In this document: positions 50,865 through 60,531 of the stretch, in pieces
Layout of the letters: every line of letters begins with the position of its first letter
Numbering within the stretch: position 1 is the first letter of the stretch
Assembly (NCBI GenBank): GCA_963827165.1
Contig: CAWGZR010000009.1
Location: 224,001 to 288,000 of the forward strand
DNA length: 64,000 nucleotides
Source: Candidatus Bathyarchaeota archaeon
Lineage (GTDB): Archaea; Thermoproteota; Bathyarchaeia; Bathyarchaeales; Bathycorpusculaceae
Reading direction: 5' to 3'
Notes under the pieces: generated by a model
Told to the model about the DNA's origin: nothing
The model's database searches: none
The model's input: the letters and a program-made list of their open reading frames with translations, nothing else
Program-made: the position numbers and the translations under genes

Positions 50865-52229
50865 TTGGTTAAGCTGTTTGGAAGTTCAGGCGTTCGAGGT
50901 TTGACGAATGTTGATTTAACGCCCCTGTTAGCTTGCAAAGTCGCGTCAGCGGTAAGCACCTATGCCAAAGCAAAAAAAACTGTGGTAGCCTGCGACACGC
51001 GAACTTCAGGAGGCATGCTTCAAGACGGTCTTGTTTCGGGTTTACTTTCAAGTGGCGCAGACGTCTATTTAGCAGGCGTCGTTCCCACTCCAGCTTTAGC
51101 TTACGTTACCCGAACATTGGGCGCAGACGCTGGATTCATGCTCACCGCTTCCCACAACCCACCGCAATACAACGGGATTAAGGTCTTTCGAGGCGACAGT
51201 TTATCATATACAGACGCTGACCAAGACGCTGTCGAAAACAACGTAGCCAAAGGTACCTACGCCTTGGCAGATTGGCGCAGCATAGGCAAAACCACCCCGC
51301 TTAACGCAAGCAAACTCTACATGGAAATGGTATTGAAAGCAGTCAAGCTAAAACGGAAATGGCGAGTCATCGTTGATCCAGGATGCGGCGCAACCTTCCA
51401 AGTTGCTCCTACGCTGCTCAAAGAAATGGGATGCAAAATCACCGCCCTCAATGCTCAACCAGATGGTTACTTCCCAGCCAGAAAATCCGAACCAACCTCC
51501 GAATCCCTCAAGGATTTGGCTTCCGTCGTGAAAACGCTTGGCGCTGAGATTGGAGTAGCTTTCGATGGCGATGGTGATCGGGTGGCTTTCGTAGATGAGA
51601 AGGGGACGTTCGTGAATTTTGACCGATCTTTGGCGGCGTTTGCCGCTTACACGCTTAAGGGGGTGGGGGGCGGAATTGTGGTAACGAATGTGGAAGCTTC
51701 GATGTGCGTGGAAACGATGGTGGAGAAGCAAGGGGGCAAAGTCATCCGCACCAAAGTCGGGGACATTTACGTTTCCGAAGCAATCGAGCGTTCACGCGCG
51801 GTTTTCGGCGGAGAACCCTGTGGCGCATGGGTTCACCCCAAATTTCATTTTTGCCCCGACGGTCCACTTTCAGCTGCGCTAATGCTGGGGGCTTTAGAAG
51901 ATCAAGATAAGACCCTAAGCGAATTCGTCGGCTCAGTGCCTGAGTACATAACGCGGCGGGAAAACGTTTTAGTCAAGAATGATCAAAAATCCAAAGTCAT
52001 AACAAAACTGAAATCACCATTGAAAACTGCGTTTCCAGACTACACTGATTTCTCGATGGTTGACGGCGTTCGATTAGCGCTCAAGAACGGGTGGCTTCTC
52101 GTACGGGCTTCGGGTACAGAGCCGTTTATTCGATTAACGGTTGAAGGAGAATCCTTAATCGTGGCAAACGATATAACCCAAAAGGCTAGTGCATTAATAC
52201 TCAAGCAAATTGAGGCTGAAGAAAAATGA
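50865..52229 (+). CDS. glmM: Phosphoglucosamine mutase / phosphohexomutase
   Basis: LFGSSGVRG, TASHNP, FDGDGDR, GGEP.G, RASGTEP; adjacent to glmU. Confidence 0.93.
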   Translation: MVKLFGSSGVRGLTNVDLTPLLACKVASAVSTYAKAKKTVVACDTRTSGGMLQDGLVSGLLSSGADVYLAGVVPTPALAYVTRTLGADAGFMLTASHNPPQYNGIKVFRGDSLSYTDADQDAVENNVAKGTYALADWRSIGKTTPLNASKLYMEMVLKAVKLKRKWRVIVDPGCGATFQVAPTLLKEMGCKITALNAQPDGYFPARKSEPTSESLKDLASVVKTLGAEIGVAFDGDGDRVAFVDEKGTFVNFDRSLAAFAAYTLKGVGGGIVVTNVEASMCVETMVEKQGGKVIRTKVGDIYVSEAIERSRAVFGGEPCGAWVHPKFHFCPDGPLSAALMLGALEDQDKTLSEFVGSVPEYITRRENVLVKNDQKSKVITKLKSPLKTAFPDYTDFSMVDGVRLALKNGWLLVRASGTEPFIRLTVEGESLIVANDITQKASALILKQIEAEEK

Positions 52230-53512
52230 AAGCGGTATTGTTAGCGGCTGGCGAAGGGATAAGGCTCCTACCCATAACCGCCACCCGACCTAAGCACCTC
52301 ATCCAAGTGGGCGGCAAACCGATTTTGCAGTTCACATTGGAGGCTGTGAAAAACGCGGGAATAACCGAGGTAACTATCATTACGCATTATATGGGAGACG
52401 CTATCCGAGATTACTTTAAAGACGGCGAAAAACTCGGCTTAGATATCAGCTATGTTGAGCAAAAAGAAATCTTGGGAACGGGAAATGCTGCGGCAGTCGC
52501 TGAGCCCTACGTGGACGGAAACTTTGTTCTAATTTATGGAGACCTTCTATTTGGGGCAGACGTGGTAAAAGACACGTTGGGGCTGTTTGAGATGGGCAAA
52601 ACTGATGCAGTCGTCGGAGTAATTCCAGTTGACAATCCTGAAAACTACGGAATCATTGAATTGGATCAGAAGAAAAGGGTCAAGCGAATAGTTGAGAAGC
52701 CGACCGCTGGAACTGCTCCTTCAAACCTCGCTAACGCAGGAGTTTACGTGTTTTCCCCTTGCATCTTTGATAAGATACGTCAAACTAAAGCTTCCCCTCG
52801 GGGGGAATGGGAACTAACTGACGCTTTAACCCTTCTCGCAGATGAAGGCAAAACCGTTCTCGCTGCGGAACTTCTGAAAAATGACTGGTTTGACGTGGGC
52901 AGGCCATGGGATTTGCTTGATGCTAACAACTGGGCCCTCAAACTCATGGACCACAAAATCTTAGGAACCATTGAGCAGGGAGCCCATCTTATTGGGCAAA
53001 TCACGGTTGCAGAGTCAGCCCGCATACGCTCGGGCGCCTATATAGAGGGACCATGCTTCATCGACGAAGAATGCGATGTTGGACCAAACTGCTACATCCG
53101 GCCAGGTACAAGCCTAGGCAAAAAAGTCCGCGTTGGAAACGCCTGTGAAATCAAAAACAGCATCATCATGGCAAACACTCATGTCGGACATCTCTCATAC
53201 ATCGGGGACACAATCATAGGTGAACACTGCAACTTCGGCGCGGGCACCATAACCGCCAATTACCGCTTTGACGGTGGCTCAATAAAGATGATGGTCAAAG
53301 ATCGACTTGTCAACACGGGGAGGCGAAAACTCGGGGCAGTTTTCGGCGACAACGTGAAAACAGGGATTAAATCGCTTTTTATGCCGGGCGTAAAGGTCGG
53401 TGCAAACAGCTGGGTAGGACCCAACTTTATGGTTGAAAAAGATTTAGCTGCTGATGTAATAGCATTTCAAAAGCAGAACTTCAATATACGAGAAAAGAAA
53501 ACTCGATCTTGA
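52226..53512 (+). CDS. glmU: Bifunctional sugar-1-phosphate nucleotidylyl/acetyltransferase (archaeal GlmU)
   Basis: LAAGEG.RL.P.T..RPK, RGEWELTD, hexapeptide LbH region, HLSYIGD. Confidence 0.92.
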   Translation: MKAVLLAAGEGIRLLPITATRPKHLIQVGGKPILQFTLEAVKNAGITEVTIITHYMGDAIRDYFKDGEKLGLDISYVEQKEILGTGNAAAVAEPYVDGNFVLIYGDLLFGADVVKDTLGLFEMGKTDAVVGVIPVDNPENYGIIELDQKKRVKRIVEKPTAGTAPSNLANAGVYVFSPCIFDKIRQTKASPRGEWELTDALTLLADEGKTVLAAELLKNDWFDVGRPWDLLDANNWALKLMDHKILGTIEQGAHLIGQITVAESARIRSGAYIEGPCFIDEECDVGPNCYIRPGTSLGKKVRVGNACEIKNSIIMANTHVGHLSYIGDTIIGEHCNFGAGTITANYRFDGGSIKMMVKDRLVNTGRRKLGAVFGDNVKTGIKSLFMPGVKVGANSWVGPNFMVEKDLAADVIAFQKQNFNIREKKTRS

Positions 53513-53835
53513 GGATAGATGAAATATACTAAGATTTGAGTACGAATGCGTGAGTCCCAGTGCCAATAGTCCTTTCAACCTATTTTGATTTTGTTCATGT
53601 TAAAGACTTTTTTTTCGCATGTGCAAACTTTCTTATCTAATGGAGAAGAAATAATTTGATAGAAAAAAAGCATCACAAATGGTTAAATTAAATCCAATTA
53701 TTTTCCTTTTACACAAAATATAATATGATTCAGATTGTGCTTGTTGCCGCCGCAGTCAAGTCAAAATGTTTAAGAACAAAGTCTCCGTAAGAGAGGATAG
53801 GTAATGAACGTTGAACTTTTTAAGGAGACAAAACT

Positions 53836-54363
53836 TTGTCAAAAATTAATCCCGGCTCTAATTTTAACGAAGATAATGATATTAAGACGGCGCGACCTGG
53901 CGGGATGCAAGATATTGATATAAAGGAACCTAAAATTGACAGCGAAGGCAAACTTCATTGCACAATCTGCGATAAAGTATTCAATTCGAGACAAGATTAC
54001 GTCAGCCACGCTTTATCCAAGCATCAACAGCAGACCAGCAAGACAGTTCATGCCCAAAAGTTTTTAGCAACAGTCTCATACGACCACGGTTTTCATTTCT
54101 ATACGTCTATTGGGATATACACAGGGGAAACAGCAGTTAATTTAACAACATTTGCCAAAGAACTTGGAGTGGTGCCTATAGAGTGTGTTGATTTCCATTT
54201 CAAAAGGGCTGACTTTCAGAAGTGGATAACTGATACAATTGGAGATAATGAATTAGCAACAGCCATCGGAGAGGTTGAGATGGAGCTTGCAGGTGAACCA
54301 TTGAGACTAATGCTTCTCAGCATCGTTATCGCAAGAGTAAAAGAACTTGAAAATCAAAGCTAA
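53836..54363 (+). CDS. C2H2 zinc finger + DUF5752-like domain protein
   Basis: CTICDKVF...Y..H....H, then FHFYT..G.YTG..A..L..F.....FH..R.DFQKWI....GD.ELA. Confidence 0.82.
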   Translation: MSKINPGSNFNEDNDIKTARPGGMQDIDIKEPKIDSEGKLHCTICDKVFNSRQDYVSHALSKHQQQTSKTVHAQKFLATVSYDHGFHFYTSIGIYTGETAVNLTTFAKELGVVPIECVDFHFKRADFQKWITDTIGDNELATAIGEVEMELAGEPLRLMLLSIVIARVKELENQS

Positions 54364-54580
54364 CTGCAAAGAGCCATGGCGCGGCAATCAAGAAAAAGAA
54401 ATAACGACGTTTGAAAAAGCCTCGGACGAATAAACCTGTTTTCTTTAGTGGCCACTAACTCCTTTCGTTGTTGACCATTTCAAGTCATTAGCAGGTAAGC
54501 GGAGATTAGTCGAGATTTGTGAAATACATAAAAACTATTGATGACTATTAGTCATTTTATTCACTTATTTTTTTTTTTTT

Positions 54581-54705
54581 TTGTTTTTTGACTTTTTGGT
54601 ACGTTTTAATATGTTTTGCGAGACCAGTTGCAACCGATTCAAGCCCCAAACCAAAAAAGCAACCCAAAATACAAAGAACAAATCAGCTGGATCTTCCAAA
54701 AAAAT
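54581..54705 (+). repeat. Decamer-array + conserved-motif element, copy D
   Basis: Short array (ACTTTTTGGT ACGTTTTAAT ATGTTTTGCG), then GTTGCAACCGATTCAAGCCCCAAACCAAAAAAGCAACCCAAAATACAAAG. Confidence 0.82.
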
Positions 54706-54819
54706 TGAGTATGATTCTCCCTTTAAAAAAATAGTCACCAATCGCTTTCTCGTGTGTTGAGTATATTAAAGATAAATATACTGGTAGTGCAATTTCGTAT
54801 CCGTAAGGAGAAAATAAAG

Positions 54820-55242
54820 TTGTCTGTAGCACAAAGGAAGTATTTCAATGAAGTCGCATTACTTGCGGATAAAACAGTTTCTGTAGTTACTAATGACGGA
54901 AAAACATTCATCGGCACAGTCATCGGCATAAATCAGGACAATATGAGTCTCGTGTTGGCTGACGCGAGGGATGAGGCTGGAAAAACGCTTCACCGGCTTT
55001 TCCTGAATGGAAGCGTGGTTAATCAAATTGCAAGCGCGGAAAAACCCTTCGACCTCAAAGCCTTAGCTACAAGACTTGAAAAAGTCTTCCCAACTATGGT
55101 AAAGTTGTATGATGATAAGGGTTTCATCTGGGTCATGGATAAGGTGAAACTGACGGAAAAAGGCGTTGTTGAAGGTTCAGGTCCAGCCGCTGACCGAGTG
55201 CAGAAGGTTTACGACCTGTTCATGAGTGAAGTCAAACCCTAA
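54820..55242 (+). CDS. Lsm/Sm-like RNA-binding protein with C-terminal domain (SmAP3-like)
   Basis: Sm1/Sm2 pattern (V.V....GK.F.G...G......LVL.DA...LNG..V..I) plus C-terminal extension; AAGGAG RBS. Confidence 0.88.
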   Translation: MSVAQRKYFNEVALLADKTVSVVTNDGKTFIGTVIGINQDNMSLVLADARDEAGKTLHRLFLNGSVVNQIASAEKPFDLKALATRLEKVFPTMVKLYDDKGFIWVMDKVKLTEKGVVEGSGPAADRVQKVYDLFMSEVKP

Positions 55243-55991
55243 ATAAACCAGCGCAGCTGCTCCTCTTCTTTCTTCTTTTCTTCTGTAATGCTTCGGATAA
55301 TACCAAATGATTCTAAGATCTTTTTGATTTCGCCGCCGGTTTCATCCAGCCGGGACAAATCGACGTCTATATTCAAGTATTTCCCAAGAGTGGTTAACGC
55401 GTAGCGTGCAGCGTTTATGTCTGGATCCATGCCGGGTGTGTCAACAAGTAGCGAGAATCCTTTCATATCCCTGATCCTCGCTAGTCCAACGGATAGCCCC
55501 GCGATGCCGAAAACGTGGCCGACCATTATTTTTGTTCCCAGATTGAGCGCTTCCTGCATCGTGTCTAAGTCTGTGGCGGTGCTGTATATTCCGGGTACTG
55601 GTTGAGTCTCATCTTTTTTGAAGCCGCCGATTGAAATTACGAAGCGGCAGCCAAATTCTTGGGCTAAATCTAGCACTTTGCCGACGAGTTCATATTGCCC
55701 AATGGTCGTAAGCGCCTGCGTGTTACCGTACCAGATGATTAAGTCGCGTTCGCCCTCTCCCCGTTTGGCATAGTATAGTTCATTTGTGGGTGAGAGAGCT
55801 CTGCCGTCTCCAGTTGTCACGGCGAAATCTTGGAAGGATGAAGAAAATATTTGGACGAATCGTTTAGCTTTAAGTTCTTTTATGAGGTGTAAAGCCGCTA
55901 TGTTTGCGACGAATCCTATGCCGGGAAGTCCTTCGATAAGGATTGGGTCGTTTAGTTTTGGTTTTTCGTTGATGTCGATGGAGCAGACCAT
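55239..55991 (-). CDS. PAC2-family proteasome assembly chaperone
   Basis: LIEGLPGIGFVANIA..HL, IGG, G..GL, T.G..PD..AA, L...L.IDVD.S.L. Confidence 0.92.
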   Translation of the reverse strand: MVCSIDINEKPKLNDPILIEGLPGIGFVANIAALHLIKELKAKRFVQIFSSSFQDFAVTTGDGRALSPTNELYYAKRGEGERDLIIWYGNTQALTTIGQYELVGKVLDLAQEFGCRFVISIGGFKKDETQPVPGIYSTATDLDTMQEALNLGTKIMVGHVFGIAGLSVGLARIRDMKGFSLLVDTPGMDPDINAARYALTTLGKYLNIDVDLSRLDETGGEIKKILESFGIIRSITEEKKKEEEQLRWFI

Positions 55992-56226
55992 GGTTTACAT
56001 CTCTTTTGTCAAGTATAGACAAGCTATTCGATATAAGGATGCTGACATTTCAGTTTAGGCGACATAGCGTTACCATGTTCATGGAAAAACATATTGAGTT
56101 CGCTCTCGACCTTGCCCAAAGTTTCATCTTCCCATGAGAAATCAACAGGTTTCCATATGTGACATGACACGCCAAGGGTAAGAAAGGCATATAAGAGTTA
56201 AGAATGAAACGATAAAGAGACCAATC

Positions 56227-57489
56227 ATGGGTTCTCAGAAAACATCCCTAATCCGCATTGTTCTCCTAATGTTGTTAGTGTTTGCAGCTGTTTTTCCTGT
56301 TTTAACCGCTAAATCTGAGGCGCAGACGAACCAGAATTACTGGGTCACCGTGAAACCGACAGGCGACTCCCAAATGTACACTTCGGTCGATAGGAACTGG
56401 ACGTTGTCATTTGAGGCTGTTTGGAGTTACGGCAGCAATTCAGGTCAACCCATAAGCGATGCGGTGGTCTCAATAGAAGTTTTCGGGGCTTCAGAGGGGG
56501 CATTGGGCACTCTTGATTTGAATACGACTTCGGGATACTTTGTTTTCAATTATTCTTCATCAACGGCGGACAAAATAACTTTCACACCTACCCAACTGAA
56601 AACTCAGGACGGGGCAAAGTGGACGTCCGCCCTCGTAACAAATGACGGAGTGCAAGCTTACGGTTTACAATCAACGCCTGTTACGGTTTGGTGGGATACC
56701 TTCCAAGTGTCCTTGTTGAGCCAAGACACTGACAGCTCGAGCGCAGTTGCATTATCAGTAAACATTACTTATCAACTGCTTCCGCAAGAAGGCTTAACCT
56801 TGCCTGCGGAGGACACGTACTCGAACCAAACGTTCCTGCCTAAAACCGTCATCGGCGCCAACGTAACCATTAACGGAGTTAACGCCCAAGAAACCGGATC
56901 AACAAGCGTTTACTCAGCGAAAACTTCCACAGTTTTCCCTACAGCGTACGTGCTAGTGAAGGTTTCGCAAAGCGGATGGACAACAACCAACACGGCTCTC
57001 AGTTTTGGGCAAAAAGCCAATGGAGTCTTTTGGAGTTACGCGGAAATAATCGCGCTGATTGCTGTTGCTGCCACATTGCTGCTGTATGTTATGTTGGCAA
57101 GAAAGCCTAGTCGATCTGCTTCAAGGGGAGCTATATTCTTGTTGATAGGCAGTGCCTTGTTGCTGGCTACCTCCGTGGTCAGCCTTTACTGGGGCGCGGT
57201 TGCGGTGGAGGCTTCGCTTCATGGGTTTAACTGGCTTATCTTGGCGGTCACGAGTCTTTGCGCCTTCGCTGTAGGTGCGTTGGGCGGAGTGATGTCTCTT
57301 AGGCGGAAGAACGAGGCGTTGGTTATTTTCGCAGTCTGTGTTCCGCTTATCGTTAATCTTAGCATGGTGAGTTATGCGTTGGGTGCTTACTCTTTAGCGG
57401 TTCCGTGGATGTTCATTTTCGCGTCAACGATTACTTCGATAGCGAGTGGGTTGTTAATTGCTCATTTTGATGACCAATTCACCAAATAA
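56227..57489 (+). CDS. Hypothetical secreted-domain + multi-TM membrane protein
   Basis: Signal peptide, S/T-rich beta domain, about 5 C-terminal TM helices. Confidence 0.75.
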   Translation: MGSQKTSLIRIVLLMLLVFAAVFPVLTAKSEAQTNQNYWVTVKPTGDSQMYTSVDRNWTLSFEAVWSYGSNSGQPISDAVVSIEVFGASEGALGTLDLNTTSGYFVFNYSSSTADKITFTPTQLKTQDGAKWTSALVTNDGVQAYGLQSTPVTVWWDTFQVSLLSQDTDSSSAVALSVNITYQLLPQEGLTLPAEDTYSNQTFLPKTVIGANVTINGVNAQETGSTSVYSAKTSTVFPTAYVLVKVSQSGWTTTNTALSFGQKANGVFWSYAEIIALIAVAATLLLYVMLARKPSRSASRGAIFLLIGSALLLATSVVSLYWGAVAVEASLHGFNWLILAVTSLCAFAVGALGGVMSLRRKNEALVIFAVCVPLIVNLSMVSYALGAYSLAVPWMFIFASTITSIASGLLIAHFDDQFTK

Positions 57490-57606
57490 CCCAACGACTC
57501 ATAACATACCGAGTTGCCCTTTTTTCTGTCAAGCCAGCTGTGCCGGGTTTGAAGACACCTAGTGTTTTTTTATAGGTGAGGCGTGATTCTTGTTTAGGTT
57601 TAAAAG

Positions 57607-59232
57607 TTGAGTTTCGAAATAAAACACAAAGACCTGCTGGGAAGAATAGGGAAGCTAAAGACGAAAACCGCAACGGTGGAGACTCCGCTTCTTTACCCTG
57701 TGATTAACCCAAGCATCCAGCTTGTCACACCTAAGAAACTCAAGGAAACCTTCGGGTTTGAAGCAGTTATAACTAACTCATACATTCTGCGGAAACGTTA
57801 CGGCGATGTAGTTGTTGACCAAGGCTTGCACAAGTTTCTGGACTATGATGGTGCAGTAATGACCGATTCGGGAGCCTACCAGATTCTTGTATACGGCGAA
57901 GTTGAAGTCAATCAGAAACAAATCGTTGCTTACCAAGAAGGCATCGGCAGCGACATAGCCACTATGCTGGATATACCGACAGGCTGGAAAATAACCAAGG
58001 AGCAAGCACAAGGTACTGTAGATGAAACATTGCAGAGAGCGAAGGACTTTTTCAAAGCCAAGACTCGCGACGACATTTTATGGGTTGGGCCAGTACAGGG
58101 CGGAAGGCATCTAGATTTAGTCGCGAAGTCAGCCAGTGAAATGGCCAAGCTTCCCTTCCAGATCCACGCGTTAGGAAGCCCCACAGAAGTAATGGAAAGC
58201 TACCGCTACGATGTCTTAGCAGACATGATCTTAACCGCGAAAAAAGGGTTACCCCTTGACCGCCCGCTGCATCTGTTCGGCGCTGGGCACCCAGCCATGT
58301 TCTCGTTGGCCGTGGCACTTGGATGTGACCTCTTCGATTCAGCAGCCTATGCTCTTTATGCCCGCGAGGATAGGTACATGACTGAAAACGGGACTAAACG
58401 CGTGGCTGAACTGGATTATTTCCCGTGCTGTTGCCCCCGATGTGCAGTGGAGACACCCAAAAGCCTGATAAAGAAACCGAAAGAGGAACGTGAGGTTTTC
58501 TTAGCTGAACACAACCTCTATGTCTGTGCGGCTGAGATCAGGCGGATAAAGCAAGCCATCCGCGAAGGCAGGTTATGGGAACACACCGAAATGCGGGTCC
58601 ACGGACACCCTGCTCTTCTGTCCGCCCTCAAAAAACTTCGCAGCCACGCTGACCTTCTGGAAACGTACAGTCCCACAGTGAAAAGCAGCGGATTCTTCTA
58701 TTTCGACTCCGTCGGACTTGTGCGCCCCGAAATCACACATTACCGCAAACACTTAACCGAACGCTATGACCCGCCCAAAGACGCCAAAGTCCTCTTTCTC
58801 GTACCCCAAACCAGAAACAAGCCGTTCCACAAGGCGCCTGAGTTCAAGAAAGTCAGGCAGCTTTTCAGAGTTCTTGGGGAAGATTTGACGCGGCAAATTC
58901 ACGTTTGCGTTTACTCTGCCCCATTCGGCGTTGTTCCTCTGGAACTTGACGAGGTTTACCCGCTAAGTCAGCATGAAACAGCTTTGCCGCTTGACTTAGA
59001 AACCGTGACTTACGTGGCAGCCCAGGCAGTGGAATACGTCAAACGATCGAGCTATGAAAGTGTCGTTTTGCTCAACGACCCTAAACTATGGCAGGACACC
59101 GTCAAAACCGCAGTCAATTTCGCTTGCGGCAACAAAGGTATACCATTTGAATCAGTTGAGGCAAACGCATCGGTCCCCAAAGAGGTTTTAAACCGATTAA
59201 GCAGTATTCTTCGAAAACAGTTAAGCGAATAA
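57607..59232 (+). CDS. tgtA: tRNA-guanine(15) transglycosylase (archaeosine)
   Basis: ETP...PVINP, ITNSY, MTDSGAYQ, GPVQGG, HLFGAGHP, DLFDSAAY, Zn site CCCPRC...HNL. Confidence 0.97.
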   Translation: MSFEIKHKDLLGRIGKLKTKTATVETPLLYPVINPSIQLVTPKKLKETFGFEAVITNSYILRKRYGDVVVDQGLHKFLDYDGAVMTDSGAYQILVYGEVEVNQKQIVAYQEGIGSDIATMLDIPTGWKITKEQAQGTVDETLQRAKDFFKAKTRDDILWVGPVQGGRHLDLVAKSASEMAKLPFQIHALGSPTEVMESYRYDVLADMILTAKKGLPLDRPLHLFGAGHPAMFSLAVALGCDLFDSAAYALYAREDRYMTENGTKRVAELDYFPCCCPRCAVETPKSLIKKPKEEREVFLAEHNLYVCAAEIRRIKQAIREGRLWEHTEMRVHGHPALLSALKKLRSHADLLETYSPTVKSSGFFYFDSVGLVRPEITHYRKHLTERYDPPKDAKVLFLVPQTRNKPFHKAPEFKKVRQLFRVLGEDLTRQIHVCVYSAPFGVVPLELDEVYPLSQHETALPLDLETVTYVAAQAVEYVKRSSYESVVLLNDPKLWQDTVKTAVNFACGNKGIPFESVEANASVPKEVLNRLSSILRKQLSE

Positions 59233-59294
59233 CCTTGGTTTAAGGTGGCTGAAACCGAAGTCATCCTCTTTTTTTGTCGATCTTCCTTTCTCAC

Positions 59295-59440
59295 ATATTT
59301 TTGTAGTCCAGCGAATCGTTCTTTGTATTTTGGGTTGTTTTCTTGGTTTGGAGCTTGAATCGGTTGCAACTATTCGCCCAAAACATCTCAAAACATCTCG
59401 GAACATCCCAAAACATCTCAAAAAGTCAAAAAAGACAACA
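59295..59440 (-). repeat. Decamer-array + conserved-motif element, copy E
   Basis: Array AAACATCTCA x4 plus degenerate units (+ strand 59381-59440). Minus-strand motif GTTGCAACCGATTCAAGCTCCAAACCAAGAAAACAACCCAAAATACAAAG is near-identical to copy D. Confidence 0.88.
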
Positions 59441-59459
59441 AAATGAAACCGCAGATTTG

Positions 59460-59640
59460 TGAGCGGTGGGTCCACATTTTTTGGGAGGAGAAATTTTTTG
59501 TTTGCGTTTTGAGTTGCTTTCTTGAAATAGAGTTTGGATTGGCTGCAACAGTTCTCTAAAAACATCTAAAAAGCTCTAGAAACATCTAGAAAAATCTATT
59601 TTCATCTAAAAACATCTAGAAACATCTAGAAACATCTGAA
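59460..59640 (-). repeat. Decamer-array + conserved-motif element, copy F
   Basis: Nine decamers, consensus AACATCTAGA (+ strand 59551-59640). Minus-strand motif GTTGCAGCCAATCCAAACTCTATTTCAAGAAAGCAACTCAAAACGCAAAC; tail resembles copy B. Confidence 0.88.
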
Positions 59641-59830
59641 AAAGGCATTCTGCTCCTTTGGCAAGTAGATTACTGCGAAGTCTTCGCCGTTTCAATTGAG
59701 CCTTGACAAAGTACAATTGTATTTTTTGTAGCTCGCTTCGTGCAGTCTTGAGTTTTAAACTAATCTTTTTTAGCTTGCTCAACCTATTGAATCAGAACCG
59801 CAACCTTTAGCCCCAAAAGGAGATGTAAAC

Positions 59831-60430
59831 ATAGAATCTATCTACGCAGACTTACACATCCACACCATCTACTCCAGCGATTCTCTTCTACAACCTAAAA
59901 CCCTTGTAGACATGCTCTCCGCGCACAGCTTCATCAAGGCTGCAGCAGTAACCGACCATGACAGCGTGAGAGGCGTCAAGCTTACGATTGAGTTGGCAAA
60001 GGCTTACCCAGACATCCTAATAATTCCAGGAGTTGAAATCAGCACTGATCGCGGCGACGTTCTAGTTTTGGGAACGGAGGAGCTGCCGCCTAAACCCTGG
60101 AGCCCAGAATGCGTGGTTGATTATGCGAAGGGGGTGGGTGCGATTACGGTTGTGGCGCATCCTTTCCGCGAATACGGCATGGGTGATGTGGCGAGAAACT
60201 ACAAGTTTGACGCTATTGAGGTTCTTAACGGGAACTCGTCAGCGAAGGCGAACAGTGAGGCTAAAGCGTTTGCGAAAAGCTTGGGTTTGCCGGGTACGGC
60301 GGGCAGCGACGCCCATCAAGTGTCAGAGCTTTTCAGCGTGAACGCAAAAATTGATTGTGCACTAAATGTTGAATCTGTTTTGAAGGCACTCGAGAAGGGT
60401 TCCGTTTCGGCTCAAATAACAAAGGGATAA
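59831..60430 (+). CDS. PHP-domain metal-dependent phosphoesterase; probable ATA start
   Basis: DLHIHT..SSD motif lies upstream of the first ATG; also AVTDHD, PGVEIST, AHPFR, IEVLNG, GSDAH. Confidence 0.9.
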   Translation: MESIYADLHIHTIYSSDSLLQPKTLVDMLSAHSFIKAAAVTDHDSVRGVKLTIELAKAYPDILIIPGVEISTDRGDVLVLGTEELPPKPWSPECVVDYAKGVGAITVVAHPFREYGMGDVARNYKFDAIEVLNGNSSAKANSEAKAFAKSLGLPGTAGSDAHQVSELFSVNAKIDCALNVESVLKALEKGSVSAQITKG

Positions 60431-60531
60431 ATGCCTTTGAGCATTTTTTTAGCTGGATTTTTTGAGGTTTAAAAGGAAACCTTATTCTGGGGGCAAGACT
60501 ATTTGCACGATTTATTGGCGATTGAAAACAT

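Noticed and set aside
54628-54710. Conserved motif as a micropeptide family (LQPIQAPNQKSNPKYK...)
   Set aside because: Differences between copies fall mostly at codon positions 1-2, copy A has TGA at codon 2, and downstream ORF lengths are inconsistent. It behaves as a nucleic-acid motif.
54581-59440. Composite transposon bounded by copies D and E
   Set aside because: No transposase or target-site duplication is visible, and the enclosed genes are mostly core housekeeping.
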